Assembly: GCA_964477915.1 (NCBI GenBank)
Contig: CAYZGB010000003.1
Span: forward strand, 1-49,094
Origin: an uncultured Melioribacter sp.
Lineage (GTDB): Bacteria > Bacteroidota > Ignavibacteria > Ignavibacteriales > Melioribacteraceae
DNA: 49,094 nt
Direction: 5' to 3'
How positions within the stretch are numbered: position 1 is the first letter of the stretch; each line of letters opens with the position of its first letter. Below are positions 20,952 through 29,751 of this stretch, one piece after another. A program made the translations under genes and the position numbers. The notes beneath the pieces were generated by a model. The model saw only the letters and a program-made list of their open reading frames with translations, did not search any database and was not told where the DNA came from.

Positions 20952-23633
20952 CTATAAAATTTCTTTTAACGTTTTTACAAGTTTATCCTTCAATATTGGT
21001 TTGGGAACAAATGCATCGAAACCGGCATCAAGGTAACGTTCTTGGTCGCCAGGCATCATATAAGCCGTAGAAGCAATAACGGGAACATTTTTGTATGAAG
21101 GTAAATTTCTAATTTCGCGTAAAGCTTCAAGTCCGTTGTAATCGCCCATTAAATTTATATCCATTACAATAAAATCAAATTTTTTCGTTCGCAAAATCGG
21201 GAGTGCATCTTCGAACCGAGCAAATACTTCAATCTCTTTTAATTCTTTCATTTGTTGTTTAAATAGCAGTTGTGAATCTACTTGGTCTTCCAAAAGTAAA
21301 CATCTCAAATCATTTAATTTAACTTCTTTTTCCTGTTTTACAATTGGAGTTGTGCTAACTCTCGATTTATTTTGTACAGGAACTTGTTGATTTGAGATAT
21401 TTTTAGCAGCAACTCTTTCTTCGGCGTTTATTCCAATGTTCGGTTTATTTTCGGCTTTAATTGAGTTTACTTCCGGTTTAGTTGCCTTTTTGTTAGTTGC
21501 AACAATTGTTTCTATGCTCTTAGGAAATTTTGCACCAAAACCAACAATAGAACCGTGCTTTTCAACTTCAGAAAAATCAACGCCAAGTAAATCAGAAAGC
21601 TTACGGAAAAGGCGAACGGCAAATCTTGAAACATTATAATTACGACGAACAATCGCTTCGTCTTCGGTTAAGTATTCATTCATCGCTTTTAGTAAATTAT
21701 CGGAAATTCCGGATTTCAAATCTTTAACATAAATCAAAACCCGGTCGTTATCCGGTTGGGCAGAAAGGTAAACTTGTTCTTCTTTAGTTCCACGAATTGC
21801 AAATTCCCAAAGCTGCGAAAGAAACATTATTGTTAAGTGTTTATCGTTATTTAAAACAATGGAGGAAGAAATTTTTCCGTACTTAAGTTCAACGTTACTT
21901 GCTTTAGCAATTTTTTTAACGTTCTCCTCTATTTTATCGAGAATTTCGACAAAGCCAAATTCTTCCGGTTTAATTCTAATCTGGTTCTGTTCAATTGCAG
22001 CATATTCGGTAGCTGCATCAATTAGTTGCATTAATGCTTGTTGATTTTCGGAAATAATTTGTGCCGATTCTTTTTGTTCGGGCGTCGGATTTTCAAGGCT
22101 TTCGAGTAATTCTTGAGTAAATCCTATTATTACATTTATCGGTGTTAAAATTTCGTGGAACAAGTGCGAAAGAAATGAAACATCAATTGAAGAACTCGAC
22201 TTATTTTCGTTTGTCGGAATTTCTACATTAGTTTTTCTTTCCAACTGATTTTGAATTTTAATAATTATTGAATAACCGGTTAGTTCCTCAAAAACATCGA
22301 ATAAAGGAATAGAAAGCATTTCGGAATTAAGAACCTTGCCGGTTTTTGTTTTAAGTGAAATTTGTGCTTCAATGTTTTCCGTAGTATGATTCAAAAATAT
22401 TTTTTTATTTATCTTCGATCTTTCTTTTTCGGAAAGCAACGAAATAAATGTTTTATTCTCCAATTCGCTTAATGAATATCCCAAATGTTTTTCGGCAGAT
22501 GAATTTACCTTAGAAATAAAACCATCAGCATCGGTTTCTATTACAAGTTCGTTAGCAAAGCTTAATATTGTATTCAACTCGCGCTGAGCTTTGTTAATTT
22601 CGGCAAGTTTTGTAATATCTTTAACAAAAGTTAAAATTGCTTTGCGTCCTTCAAACTCCAATTCCTTCCTTTTTAGTTGAACAACTACAATTGAACCATC
22701 AGATAATTTATGACGTACAGGTTTTTCAAATACCGTATCATCTAACTCCGTATAATCAATAAGGGATTGAATATCTTCCGGCAAATACAAATCGGTTAAA
22801 TCCATTTGCAAAAATTTATCGAGAGGATAACCGTAAAATTTAATTGCAGCCTTATTAACCGAAAGGAATTTTAAGTTTTCCTCATCATAAATAAAAAGCG
22901 GGTAAGGACTGGTGTCTAATATTTTGTCAATCATATTCAAAACCGAAATTTTTGATAAATTTTTATTTTTTTCTTCTTCGAAAATAATTAAAGTTGCAAT
23001 AAAAACATTTTGAGAATTAAATATTTTTTTTACCTTAACTTGAACATCGTTTTCAACATCCTTAAAAATCTTAATACGGGATGAAAATTCCTCTTGCTCA
23101 GGGTCAAGTAAAAATTCGTTTATTTGCGAGGAAAAATCATTAGGGAAAACTTCATTTATCCGAAGACCAATTTCCAGCGGAGTTTCTTCAAATATTTTAG
23201 CAAAATTTTTGCTGTATTTAGCTAACATTCCCTGATAATTAAAAAGTGCTGCTGCAATTGGTAATTCTTCAAATGCTTTAAGAATATAATTAAACTCACT
23301 ATCGTATATTGAAATAGCTTCGTTTGGTTGGATTAATCCACAGCTTGCAACAACTTCGTTATTTGAACTAATAATAGGAATTTTAATTATTTTATAATGA
23401 ATAGAGTCTTTTTCCTCAAAAACAAAATTTTCGGTAACTGCAATTGTTTTGGTTTTTTCAAGCAGCTCGTTTAAAACCGCAATTTGCTTTACAACTGAAT
23501 TTTGAAAAGCATTTTTTTCTTCATTACCGGTAATTGTAGATATTGATGAAAATTTTTCTGTTTCGGAATTCGCAATTATAATTTTTCCATTTTTATCTGC
23601 TAACCAAAAAGCAATAGAAATTTTATTCAACAA
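20952..23633 (-). CDS. PAS-domain hybrid sensor histidine kinase / response regulator (main body; true 5' end probably at 24088, see poly(A) interruption)
   Basis: Several PAS-like modules, H-box FLSHLFHEILTPINVIIGF and a C-terminal receiver (LLLEDQ ... FIVMDINL ... ASTA ... PKP). The frame stays open for 114 start-less codons upstream of the listed TTG. Confidence 0.8.
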   Translation of the reverse strand: MLNKISIAFWLADKNGKIIIANSETEKFSSISTITGNEEKNAFQNSVVKQIAVLNELLEKTKTIAVTENFVFEEKDSIHYKIIKIPIISSNNEVVASCGLIQPNEAISIYDSEFNYILKAFEELPIAAALFNYQGMLAKYSKNFAKIFEETPLEIGLRINEVFPNDFSSQINEFLLDPEQEEFSSRIKIFKDVENDVQVKVKKIFNSQNVFIATLIIFEEEKNKNLSKISVLNMIDKILDTSPYPLFIYDEENLKFLSVNKAAIKFYGYPLDKFLQMDLTDLYLPEDIQSLIDYTELDDTVFEKPVRHKLSDGSIVVVQLKRKELEFEGRKAILTFVKDITKLAEINKAQRELNTILSFANELVIETDADGFISKVNSSAEKHLGYSLSELENKTFISLLSEKERSKINKKIFLNHTTENIEAQISLKTKTGKVLNSEMLSIPLFDVFEELTGYSIIIKIQNQLERKTNVEIPTNENKSSSSIDVSFLSHLFHEILTPINVIIGFTQELLESLENPTPEQKESAQIISENQQALMQLIDAATEYAAIEQNQIRIKPEEFGFVEILDKIEENVKKIAKASNVELKYGKISSSIVLNNDKHLTIMFLSQLWEFAIRGTKEEQVYLSAQPDNDRVLIYVKDLKSGISDNLLKAMNEYLTEDEAIVRRNYNVSRFAVRLFRKLSDLLGVDFSEVEKHGSIVGFGAKFPKSIETIVATNKKATKPEVNSIKAENKPNIGINAEERVAAKNISNQQVPVQNKSRVSTTPIVKQEKEVKLNDLRCLLLEDQVDSQLLFKQQMKELKEIEVFARFEDALPILRTKKFDFIVMDINLMGDYNGLEALREIRNLPSYKNVPVIASTAYMMPGDQERYLDAGFDAFVPKPILKDKLVKTLKEIL

Positions 23634-23926
23634 AGATAAAACTTGTTGTTTTTCGATTAAAGAAAGTGGAAAACTTTTTCGAATAATATCTAATACAGAA
23701 ACTAAATCTTTATTTGGAATAAGTTGCTCAACCCGTTCGATATTAATTTTGAAATTTGCCTGATTTAATTCAAGAGTTGGGGAAACATCTAAAATTAATA
23801 AAAACTTTTGATTTTGAAGTGGAAAAACAGAAACGTTGATTAATTCTTTTTCACCGGCAATATTTGTAAGACGGATCTTATCGAGAAATGGTGACTTTGA
23901 GTGGGTAATTTTTTCCCAGTGTTCAG

Positions 23927-24088
23927 TTATGTCCGAATTTTTTTTTTTAATAAGGAAATTACATCCAATCCGGGATTAACTTTAGAACCTAAAACAAATT
24001 CCATTGAAGAGTTGGTTGCAATAATGTGTCCGTTTTTATCAATGATTACTGATGGCTTACTAATATTTATTAACAATTCGGAATACAT
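23927..24088 (-). CDS. 53-codon 5' fragment of the sensor kinase gene (first half of an N-terminal PAS domain), out of frame with the main body
   Basis: ATG 24088 lies 2 nt after the upstream gene's stop. The translation MYSELLINISKPSVIIDKNGHIIATNSSMEFVLGSKVNPGLDVISLLKKKIRT* ends just after the A11 tract. Confidence 0.6.
   Translation of the reverse strand: MYSELLINISKPSVIIDKNGHIIATNSSMEFVLGSKVNPGLDVISLLKKKIRT
23938..23948 (-). repeat. Homopolymer tract: 11 A on the coding (minus) strand, 11 T on the plus strand
   Basis: Counted directly from ...gtccgaa + 11 t + aataagg.... It is the junction between the two reading frames of the kinase gene. Confidence 0.95.
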
Positions 24089-24090
24089 TT

Positions 24091-25884
24091 TTACTTTTTC
24101 TTACTTGGAATTTGTACAGTAATAATATCAGTCCAATCCGAAACAGATTCTTCGCTTGCAGCACGAACTCGATAATCGTACGTGGTACCGCGGTAAACAC
24201 CTTCATCATTGAATGTAGTAACATTAGGTGCAACTACTCCAACACGTTCAAACTGACCACCACCGGTAAATCTTCTTTCAATTTCAAACCAACCTTCGTT
24301 ATGTGAATTATCAAGCCAGGTTAAAATTACACGTGGCGTTGGATCAGCAACCGCTTGCAAATTAGTAGGTGCAATAAGCGGTGTTCTGGCTTCGTTAGTA
24401 AAACCGGAATAAAGTGTATTTTTAAATGCTCTAACTTTGAAGTAATAAACAGTATCGCGATTAAGTCCGGCAACCGTATAATTTGTAGTGTTTGCAGATA
24501 ATGTTTTGAATAAAGTGAAATCGTGTGTAGCCGTTGCTTGCCAAATTTCAAAACCGTCTTCATCAGTGGAATTATCATTCCAACTTAATAAAAATGCAGT
24601 TCCGGGAGATAACTCCGAAATTGTTAAATTACTTGGATTTTTAGGCGGAAGGATTGGTACGTAAGCAGTATCTTCGTTCGAAAACATAGAATACGAACCG
24701 TTACCGGATAAATAACGAACTCTGTAAACATAAGTAAATCCAGGTGTGTAATTCGAATCGTAGAAAACCGTTTCATCCGGTCCAGTGGAAGCAATGCTTT
24801 CAAATAAATTTTCCGAACCGTAAATTTTTCTTTGGATCTGAGTCCCAAATTCCATATTCGAATTATCGTTCCACGTAAGTTTAACTTTTCGTGCATCCAT
24901 ATCGAACTGAGCAAGCAAGTTTGTCGGAGGCTGAATTGAAGATGAGCTTGTACGTACCGTCGTAATATTCGAGCTTGGCATACTGCTTGGAAGTACAGCA
25001 AATACTTGATAAGCATATACCGTGTTTGGTTGTAATCCTTCGTCAAAATATTCTATGGTATTAGGCGGAACAGTCGCAGCATCAACCCAATTTGTGTAAT
25101 CACCATTATTATCGATAGTTGTTCTTTTTACAAGAAAGGCATTTTCACTAACCGAATTATCTTTCCAAATTAGACGAACAACAGTAGCACCAAGTGCTTC
25201 GGCTCTCAAATCGGTTGGAGCATCTCTACCACTTTCTCCGTTCGAGCTTACTTCATTCGAAAACTTGGAATAACCGTATTGATTTTTAGCACGAACTTTA
25301 TAATAATAAGCAGTATAAGAATCTAACCCAATATCCCGATAATTCGTTGTATTTTCGTTGAAAACTTTGTAGGGCTCTCCACCATAGCTTTCGTTATCTC
25401 CAACGCTTCTCCAAAGTTCATACATATTTTCATTATTCGAATTGTCTTTCCAGCGGAGCAAAACTTCGTGTTCGTTAAATGTTGATAAAATTAAATCGGA
25501 AGGTGCACGGGGAACACCGGTTACATAAACTTTTTGTACTTTGCTTTGCGATATTCCACCACCGTCTTTGTAGCCGTTAATGTAATATTCTATTGTTGAA
25601 CCAATTGCATCCTCGGTAACAGTAAAATATAGGCTTGAATCCGAAACAAATGTACCGACTGAATGCCCCTCTACAAAAATTTCGTATAAACCAATTGAAG
25701 CATTGTGAGTTTCAAGTAAAACATCGTTTTTCCCAACGTAAACCGTATCACCGGTTATGGGGTATGCAATATTTAAAACTTCTGTTTCTCCCGGAGGATT
25801 TGAAACAGCTTCCACGCATCCGTAGGAAATTACAAATACGGGGAGAAGTACAAGAAACAGTAAAAATATTCTATTTTTTTTCAT
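24091..25884 (-). CDS. Secreted (possibly lipo-)protein with five fibronectin type III repeats
   Basis: Signal peptide MKKNRIFLLFLVLLPVFVISYGC. Five repeats carry W-x-D-N-S-x-x-E (RWKDNSNNE, IWKDNSVSE, TWNDNSNME, SWNDNSTDE, TWLDNSHNE). Alternative ATGs lie at 25896 and 25905. Confidence 0.75.
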   Translation of the reverse strand: MKKNRIFLLFLVLLPVFVISYGCVEAVSNPPGETEVLNIAYPITGDTVYVGKNDVLLETHNASIGLYEIFVEGHSVGTFVSDSSLYFTVTEDAIGSTIEYYINGYKDGGGISQSKVQKVYVTGVPRAPSDLILSTFNEHEVLLRWKDNSNNENMYELWRSVGDNESYGGEPYKVFNENTTNYRDIGLDSYTAYYYKVRAKNQYGYSKFSNEVSSNGESGRDAPTDLRAEALGATVVRLIWKDNSVSENAFLVKRTTIDNNGDYTNWVDAATVPPNTIEYFDEGLQPNTVYAYQVFAVLPSSMPSSNITTVRTSSSSIQPPTNLLAQFDMDARKVKLTWNDNSNMEFGTQIQRKIYGSENLFESIASTGPDETVFYDSNYTPGFTYVYRVRYLSGNGSYSMFSNEDTAYVPILPPKNPSNLTISELSPGTAFLLSWNDNSTDEDGFEIWQATATHDFTLFKTLSANTTNYTVAGLNRDTVYYFKVRAFKNTLYSGFTNEARTPLIAPTNLQAVADPTPRVILTWLDNSHNEGWFEIERRFTGGGQFERVGVVAPNVTTFNDEGVYRGTTYDYRVRAASEESVSDWTDIITVQIPSKKK

Positions 25885-27853
25885 TAATATTTTCATAATC
25901 AACAAGTAATGAACGTGTATCGTGACTTTCTAATTTATCAACATAAAGATACAAAATTTGTGTTTTATTATCGTATTTGTATTCATCAATTTTGGTATTA
26001 ATAATATCCGATGATAGTTTTACATTATAAACGGGTTTATTTATAAATATTTTTACAACAAAATTATACATATCATCATCGCTTGGGTTCGAAATTTCAA
26101 CGGCTAATCTTCGTTTGCTTCTAACATCCAATCTTATTTCAACTCCGTGTTTACGGAACCACCAATCTTTTAATCCGTCTATCGAAGTAACCCAAATATT
26201 TTTTTCTTGCAAATATTTTAATACTTTTTTCAAAACAGCAATGTTTTCCGCACGAAGTTGACCGTCCGTATGAATTTTAAGAATATACAATCCACCGGTA
26301 AATTTTATTCTATCAATATCTTCATAATAAGTGTACTCTTGGAATTCCGGTTCTTTCAAATGAAAATCTCGTAAAATTACATAATCGTCTCGCGAAGTAT
26401 TGGAAATCACAAGAATTTTCTTACCGCCATAAATCTCCGTTTTTGGAACTAATCGATCTATTAATGAATCGGCAAAAATTACATCCATATCGTTTTGGGA
26501 CATAACTTGCAATGTGGATTTGTCAAAAAATCCATAAAGCGGCATAATTTTAGTAACTTTTGTTCCAAGTACGGAATCGGCAAGATTTTTCGCATTAAGA
26601 ATAACTGCCCGCTGTTCATCTAAACTACTTAATTTATTCGTGGTATCTAATAAAGATTCCTTGTAACCTAAATCGACAATTAATCCTATATCTCTTGTTT
26701 GGGAAACATTTCGTAATTGTTTTTTCAATAAATTCACATTGTCAACACTTGTAAATATTGAAGAAGTAAAATCAGTAAAACTAGATAATGCACTTAGGTT
26801 TTTGAAATTTTGCGGCTCTTTATCTATTACAGGAACAAATATTGCAGCAGCAACGTAAGGTGAGGGCCAATCGATAAATTGAACCGTTGGACGATAAAGT
26901 AACCAATTTAGAGAGCTTGTAAATAATCTATCGAAATAAATGTAATCTTCTTGCCCGCCAATAACGGAATTGAGTTCAAATCCGTACCAAACAAATCTTC
27001 CTTTACCATACGTTCCATATGCAATGCCTGCACTTTTTTGGATATTTTCGAGAACAAGTCCACGTTCGTGACGGAAATCGTACCAATAACTAGCCTGAAT
27101 TGTTCGTGGTTCAAGAACTTCGGCATAAATTGGTCTATCCCATGTTGCAATATTAAGTGTATATCCGGTTGGCACACCGGCTGTAATAGGTAAATTGCCT
27201 CTAATTGTGTGAATTCTTCGAGTTCCTTCCTCCGGGTCAATCTCTTTGGTAAATTTCAAACCAAAAACTTCTGTAAAGAAATTCCAACCGTCCCATTTCC
27301 CATCAGGAGAAAAAGTTGCGATTCCGGTTGTTGCAAATAAGCTCCCGCCCTTTTTCAAAAATTTTCTGATTTGAACTTTTTCTCTATCACTAATTGCTTT
27401 TGCTCCGGGAGCAATCAGTAATTTGTATTTAGATAAAACTCCAACTTCAATATCCAAATCCGTAATTAAATCGTATTTAACTTTATGACTATTGAGGAAA
27501 TTTTCCCACGTCGAAACAATATCGCTAATCCAAGTACTGCCCTCCGGTAAAATATTTTCCGTAAAACCGGAATAAAGTAAAGCAACTTGCGTTCTTTCTT
27601 CTAAAGCTGCTTTGATATTCTTTTCAGTTGGAGCAATTTCATCAATTTCAATTCTTCCGAAAGCACCTTGAATAATCAGCAAATAAAACATTATTCCGGC
27701 AACCAATAGAGCAACACCGCCGAAAATAATTATCAATAAATTTACCCGAAGTCCTTTAATCTTATTTTCTTCATCAAATTGTTCTTCGGTATTATCAACA
27801 TTAACCGGTTTGTTTTCAGGTTTCTTTTTCCGTTTCCAGAATTTTAACGCCAC
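25871..27853 (-). CDS. Single-pass membrane-anchored periplasmic protein: GATase1/ThuA-like domain plus CE4 (polysaccharide deacetylase)-like C-terminal domain
   Basis: Basic N-terminus plus a TM segment (LLIIIFGGVALLVAGIMFYLLII). The middle region is KLLIAPGAKAISDREKVQIRKFLKKGGSLFATT ... YGKGRFVWYGFEL. The C-terminal layout ends GGLYILKIHTDG ... LQEKNIWVTSIDGLKDWW. Domain calls are by eye. Confidence 0.6.
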   Translation of the reverse strand: MALKFWKRKKKPENKPVNVDNTEEQFDEENKIKGLRVNLLIIIFGGVALLVAGIMFYLLIIQGAFGRIEIDEIAPTEKNIKAALEERTQVALLYSGFTENILPEGSTWISDIVSTWENFLNSHKVKYDLITDLDIEVGVLSKYKLLIAPGAKAISDREKVQIRKFLKKGGSLFATTGIATFSPDGKWDGWNFFTEVFGLKFTKEIDPEEGTRRIHTIRGNLPITAGVPTGYTLNIATWDRPIYAEVLEPRTIQASYWYDFRHERGLVLENIQKSAGIAYGTYGKGRFVWYGFELNSVIGGQEDYIYFDRLFTSSLNWLLYRPTVQFIDWPSPYVAAAIFVPVIDKEPQNFKNLSALSSFTDFTSSIFTSVDNVNLLKKQLRNVSQTRDIGLIVDLGYKESLLDTTNKLSSLDEQRAVILNAKNLADSVLGTKVTKIMPLYGFFDKSTLQVMSQNDMDVIFADSLIDRLVPKTEIYGGKKILVISNTSRDDYVILRDFHLKEPEFQEYTYYEDIDRIKFTGGLYILKIHTDGQLRAENIAVLKKVLKYLQEKNIWVTSIDGLKDWWFRKHGVEIRLDVRSKRRLAVEISNPSDDDMYNFVVKIFINKPVYNVKLSSDIINTKIDEYKYDNKTQILYLYVDKLESHDTRSLLVDYENINEKK

Positions 27854-28332
27854 CGCAATGGTTCCTCGTCTTCTTTATTCGCTCTTTTTGTTTCTTCAAC
27901 ACCGGTATAGCCGGCCGAGGTATAACGACTAAATCTACTGCGTGTATCATATCTTTCCGCGTTAATCGTTGAACGCCTTGGCGAAGGAGGTGCAGCAGGT
28001 GTTTCTTCGTCCATCGAAAGACCTAAAATTGTAGGCCTCATCTCGGGACGAGTATTTCCCGCATCTGTTGTAAACATTGGAGAAGTTTCGCGAGTTGAAT
28101 ACAATGATTGAGCATAAGTAGAACGTAAACCGGCATTTCCGGTTACACGTAACGTATCTTGTGCCACTTGTGGAGTAACAAGTTCTGCGGGAATTGCTTC
28201 CGGTTTCGGTTGCTCTGCTGTTTTCCCTTTTTTCTCTCTTAATTTGTAAAGTACGTATGCACCTACCGAGAGAATAAACGTCGAAACAGTAGCGACCAGA
28301 ATTATTAAAGATAATATAGGTATTAATTCCAT
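27844..28332 (-). CDS. Small single-TM protein with a Pro/Thr/Arg/Ser-rich disordered tail
   Basis: An AGGAG RBS precedes the TM segment LIPILSLIILVATVSTFILSVGAYVLY and a low-complexity tail. It overlaps the next gene by 10 nt. Confidence 0.6.
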   Translation of the reverse strand: MELIPILSLIILVATVSTFILSVGAYVLYKLREKKGKTAEQPKPEAIPAELVTPQVAQDTLRVTGNAGLRSTYAQSLYSTRETSPMFTTDAGNTRPEMRPTILGLSMDEETPAAPPSPRRSTINAERYDTRSRFSRYTSAGYTGVEETKRANKEDEEPLRWR

Positions 28333-28356
28333 TTTATATACTCCTGAAATTACTTT

Positions 28357-29751
28357 CTATTTTTTTATTCCTACTCGTTCGAGTTTTCCCCAACTCATTG
28401 CCAATCCTAAAAATTCTTCAATTGTTGCCATTCCTTTGGTAATATCAATCATAAGAACGAAGAAGATTCTGTAAATCAAAGAGTAAGGAATTAATCTTGC
28501 CTCTTCTTTTTCGGCAGATACACAGAAAATTGCAGCCATAAAGTCAAGAATAGCAATGCCAAACCACCAAAAAACAATCAAACTTGTCATTCCATAAAAC
28601 AAAGCGACAACAATAAAGAAAAGATTAGCAAAGATATTCATTGCCGGCCAAAGTAATGCTTCGAAAGCCATTGACCATAAAATAAGCGTATTATTAAAAT
28701 TAATTATCGGATTGTACAAAAACTTTTTATGTTTACGAATTGCTTGCAAAATTCCACGCGTCCAACGATAACGTTGCTTTAACAACTGAAATAGTGTTGA
28801 TGGTGCTTCCGTCCAAGCTTGGGCTTCCGGTTCGTATTCAATTTTCCAACCTTTTGCCAAAATTTTAAGTGTTAAATCGGCATCCTCGGCAAAAGTATCG
28901 CTTGAATAATAACCAGCATCGTGTAAAGCTCTCTTTCTAAAAATACCAATCGGACCCGGAATAATATTTACCATTTTTAAGAAACCCTGTGCCGAACGAG
29001 CCATATTCAAACCTTCGATATATTCGAGAGCCTGCAAATCCAAAAGAGGTTTTCCACGATTTATTACTTTTACATTTCCAGCTACTGCACCAACTTCCGG
29101 ATCTACAAAATGTCTCATCCCCATTTTCAGAGTTTTGGGAGATAATGCCGAATCACCGTCCATACACAAAACAAATTCTGCTTCGGAATATTGTATTCCT
29201 GCATTCAAAGCTTTCGACTTTCCACCATTCGGTTTATTTATTAAAGAAACTTTGACCCAAGACATTTTCCCTTTATGTAATCCTACCAAGGATTCACCAA
29301 TTTCGGCTGTATTATCAGTTGAACCGTCATTAACAATAATTATTTCATAATTGGGATAATCCAATTTTAGTAACGATTCAATTGAATCTTTCAAAACCTT
29401 GCCTTCGTTGTAAACAGGAACAATAATGGAAACAAAAGGTGAGTAAAAGGGTTTTTCCTCAACCGTGTATTTTGACATATAAAAATAAGATAGCCAAATC
29501 AAGGTAAAATACCGAGCTAACAAAATAAACAGAAATAAAACCAAAGCAACAATTGAAGCGTAAACAAAAAGTCCGCTTAATGGAAGAATTGTCATTGGAA
29601 GAGTTATAGCAATGATAATGATTAAAATAATAGAAATTATTCCCGAAATAATAGCCGATTTGAGCTTCTCCTTTTTAAAGTCTCTTTTTGGAGGCTCAAT
29701 CTCTCTATTATCCAAAACAATTTTCAGTTTTTCTTTTTTTGCATTATTCAT
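28357..29751 (-). CDS. Processive family-2 glycosyltransferase (PgaC/IcaA/BcsA-core-like polysaccharide synthase), no PilZ domain
   Basis: N-terminal TMs; motifs VPVYNEG, NDGSTD, GGKSKALNAG, CMDGDS, FAEDADLT and QRYRWTRG (QxxRW); C-terminal TM bundle. Confidence 0.88.
   Translation of the reverse strand: MNNAKKEKLKIVLDNREIEPPKRDFKKEKLKSAIISGIISIILIIIIAITLPMTILPLSGLFVYASIVALVLFLFILLARYFTLIWLSYFYMSKYTVEEKPFYSPFVSIIVPVYNEGKVLKDSIESLLKLDYPNYEIIIVNDGSTDNTAEIGESLVGLHKGKMSWVKVSLINKPNGGKSKALNAGIQYSEAEFVLCMDGDSALSPKTLKMGMRHFVDPEVGAVAGNVKVINRGKPLLDLQALEYIEGLNMARSAQGFLKMVNIIPGPIGIFRKRALHDAGYYSSDTFAEDADLTLKILAKGWKIEYEPEAQAWTEAPSTLFQLLKQRYRWTRGILQAIRKHKKFLYNPIINFNNTLILWSMAFEALLWPAMNIFANLFFIVVALFYGMTSLIVFWWFGIAILDFMAAIFCVSAEKEEARLIPYSLIYRIFFVLMIDITKGMATIEEFLGLAMSWGKLERVGIKK

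Noticed and set aside
24327-25046. Alternative-frame ORFs inside large genes (24327-24578, 24624-25046, 26908-27240, 30430-30714, 37735-38322, 47379-47714 and others)
   Set aside because: All are nested in, or antisense to, long ORFs with clear domain content. They are short and compositionally skewed, and none has an independent start signal.
27844-28332. Locally elevated G+C as a sign of a horizontally acquired insert
   Set aside because: The shift coincides exactly with the Pro/Ala/Arg/Gly/Thr-rich disordered tail of one ORF that is translationally coupled on both sides. Amino-acid composition explains it, and there are no flanking repeats or mobility genes.
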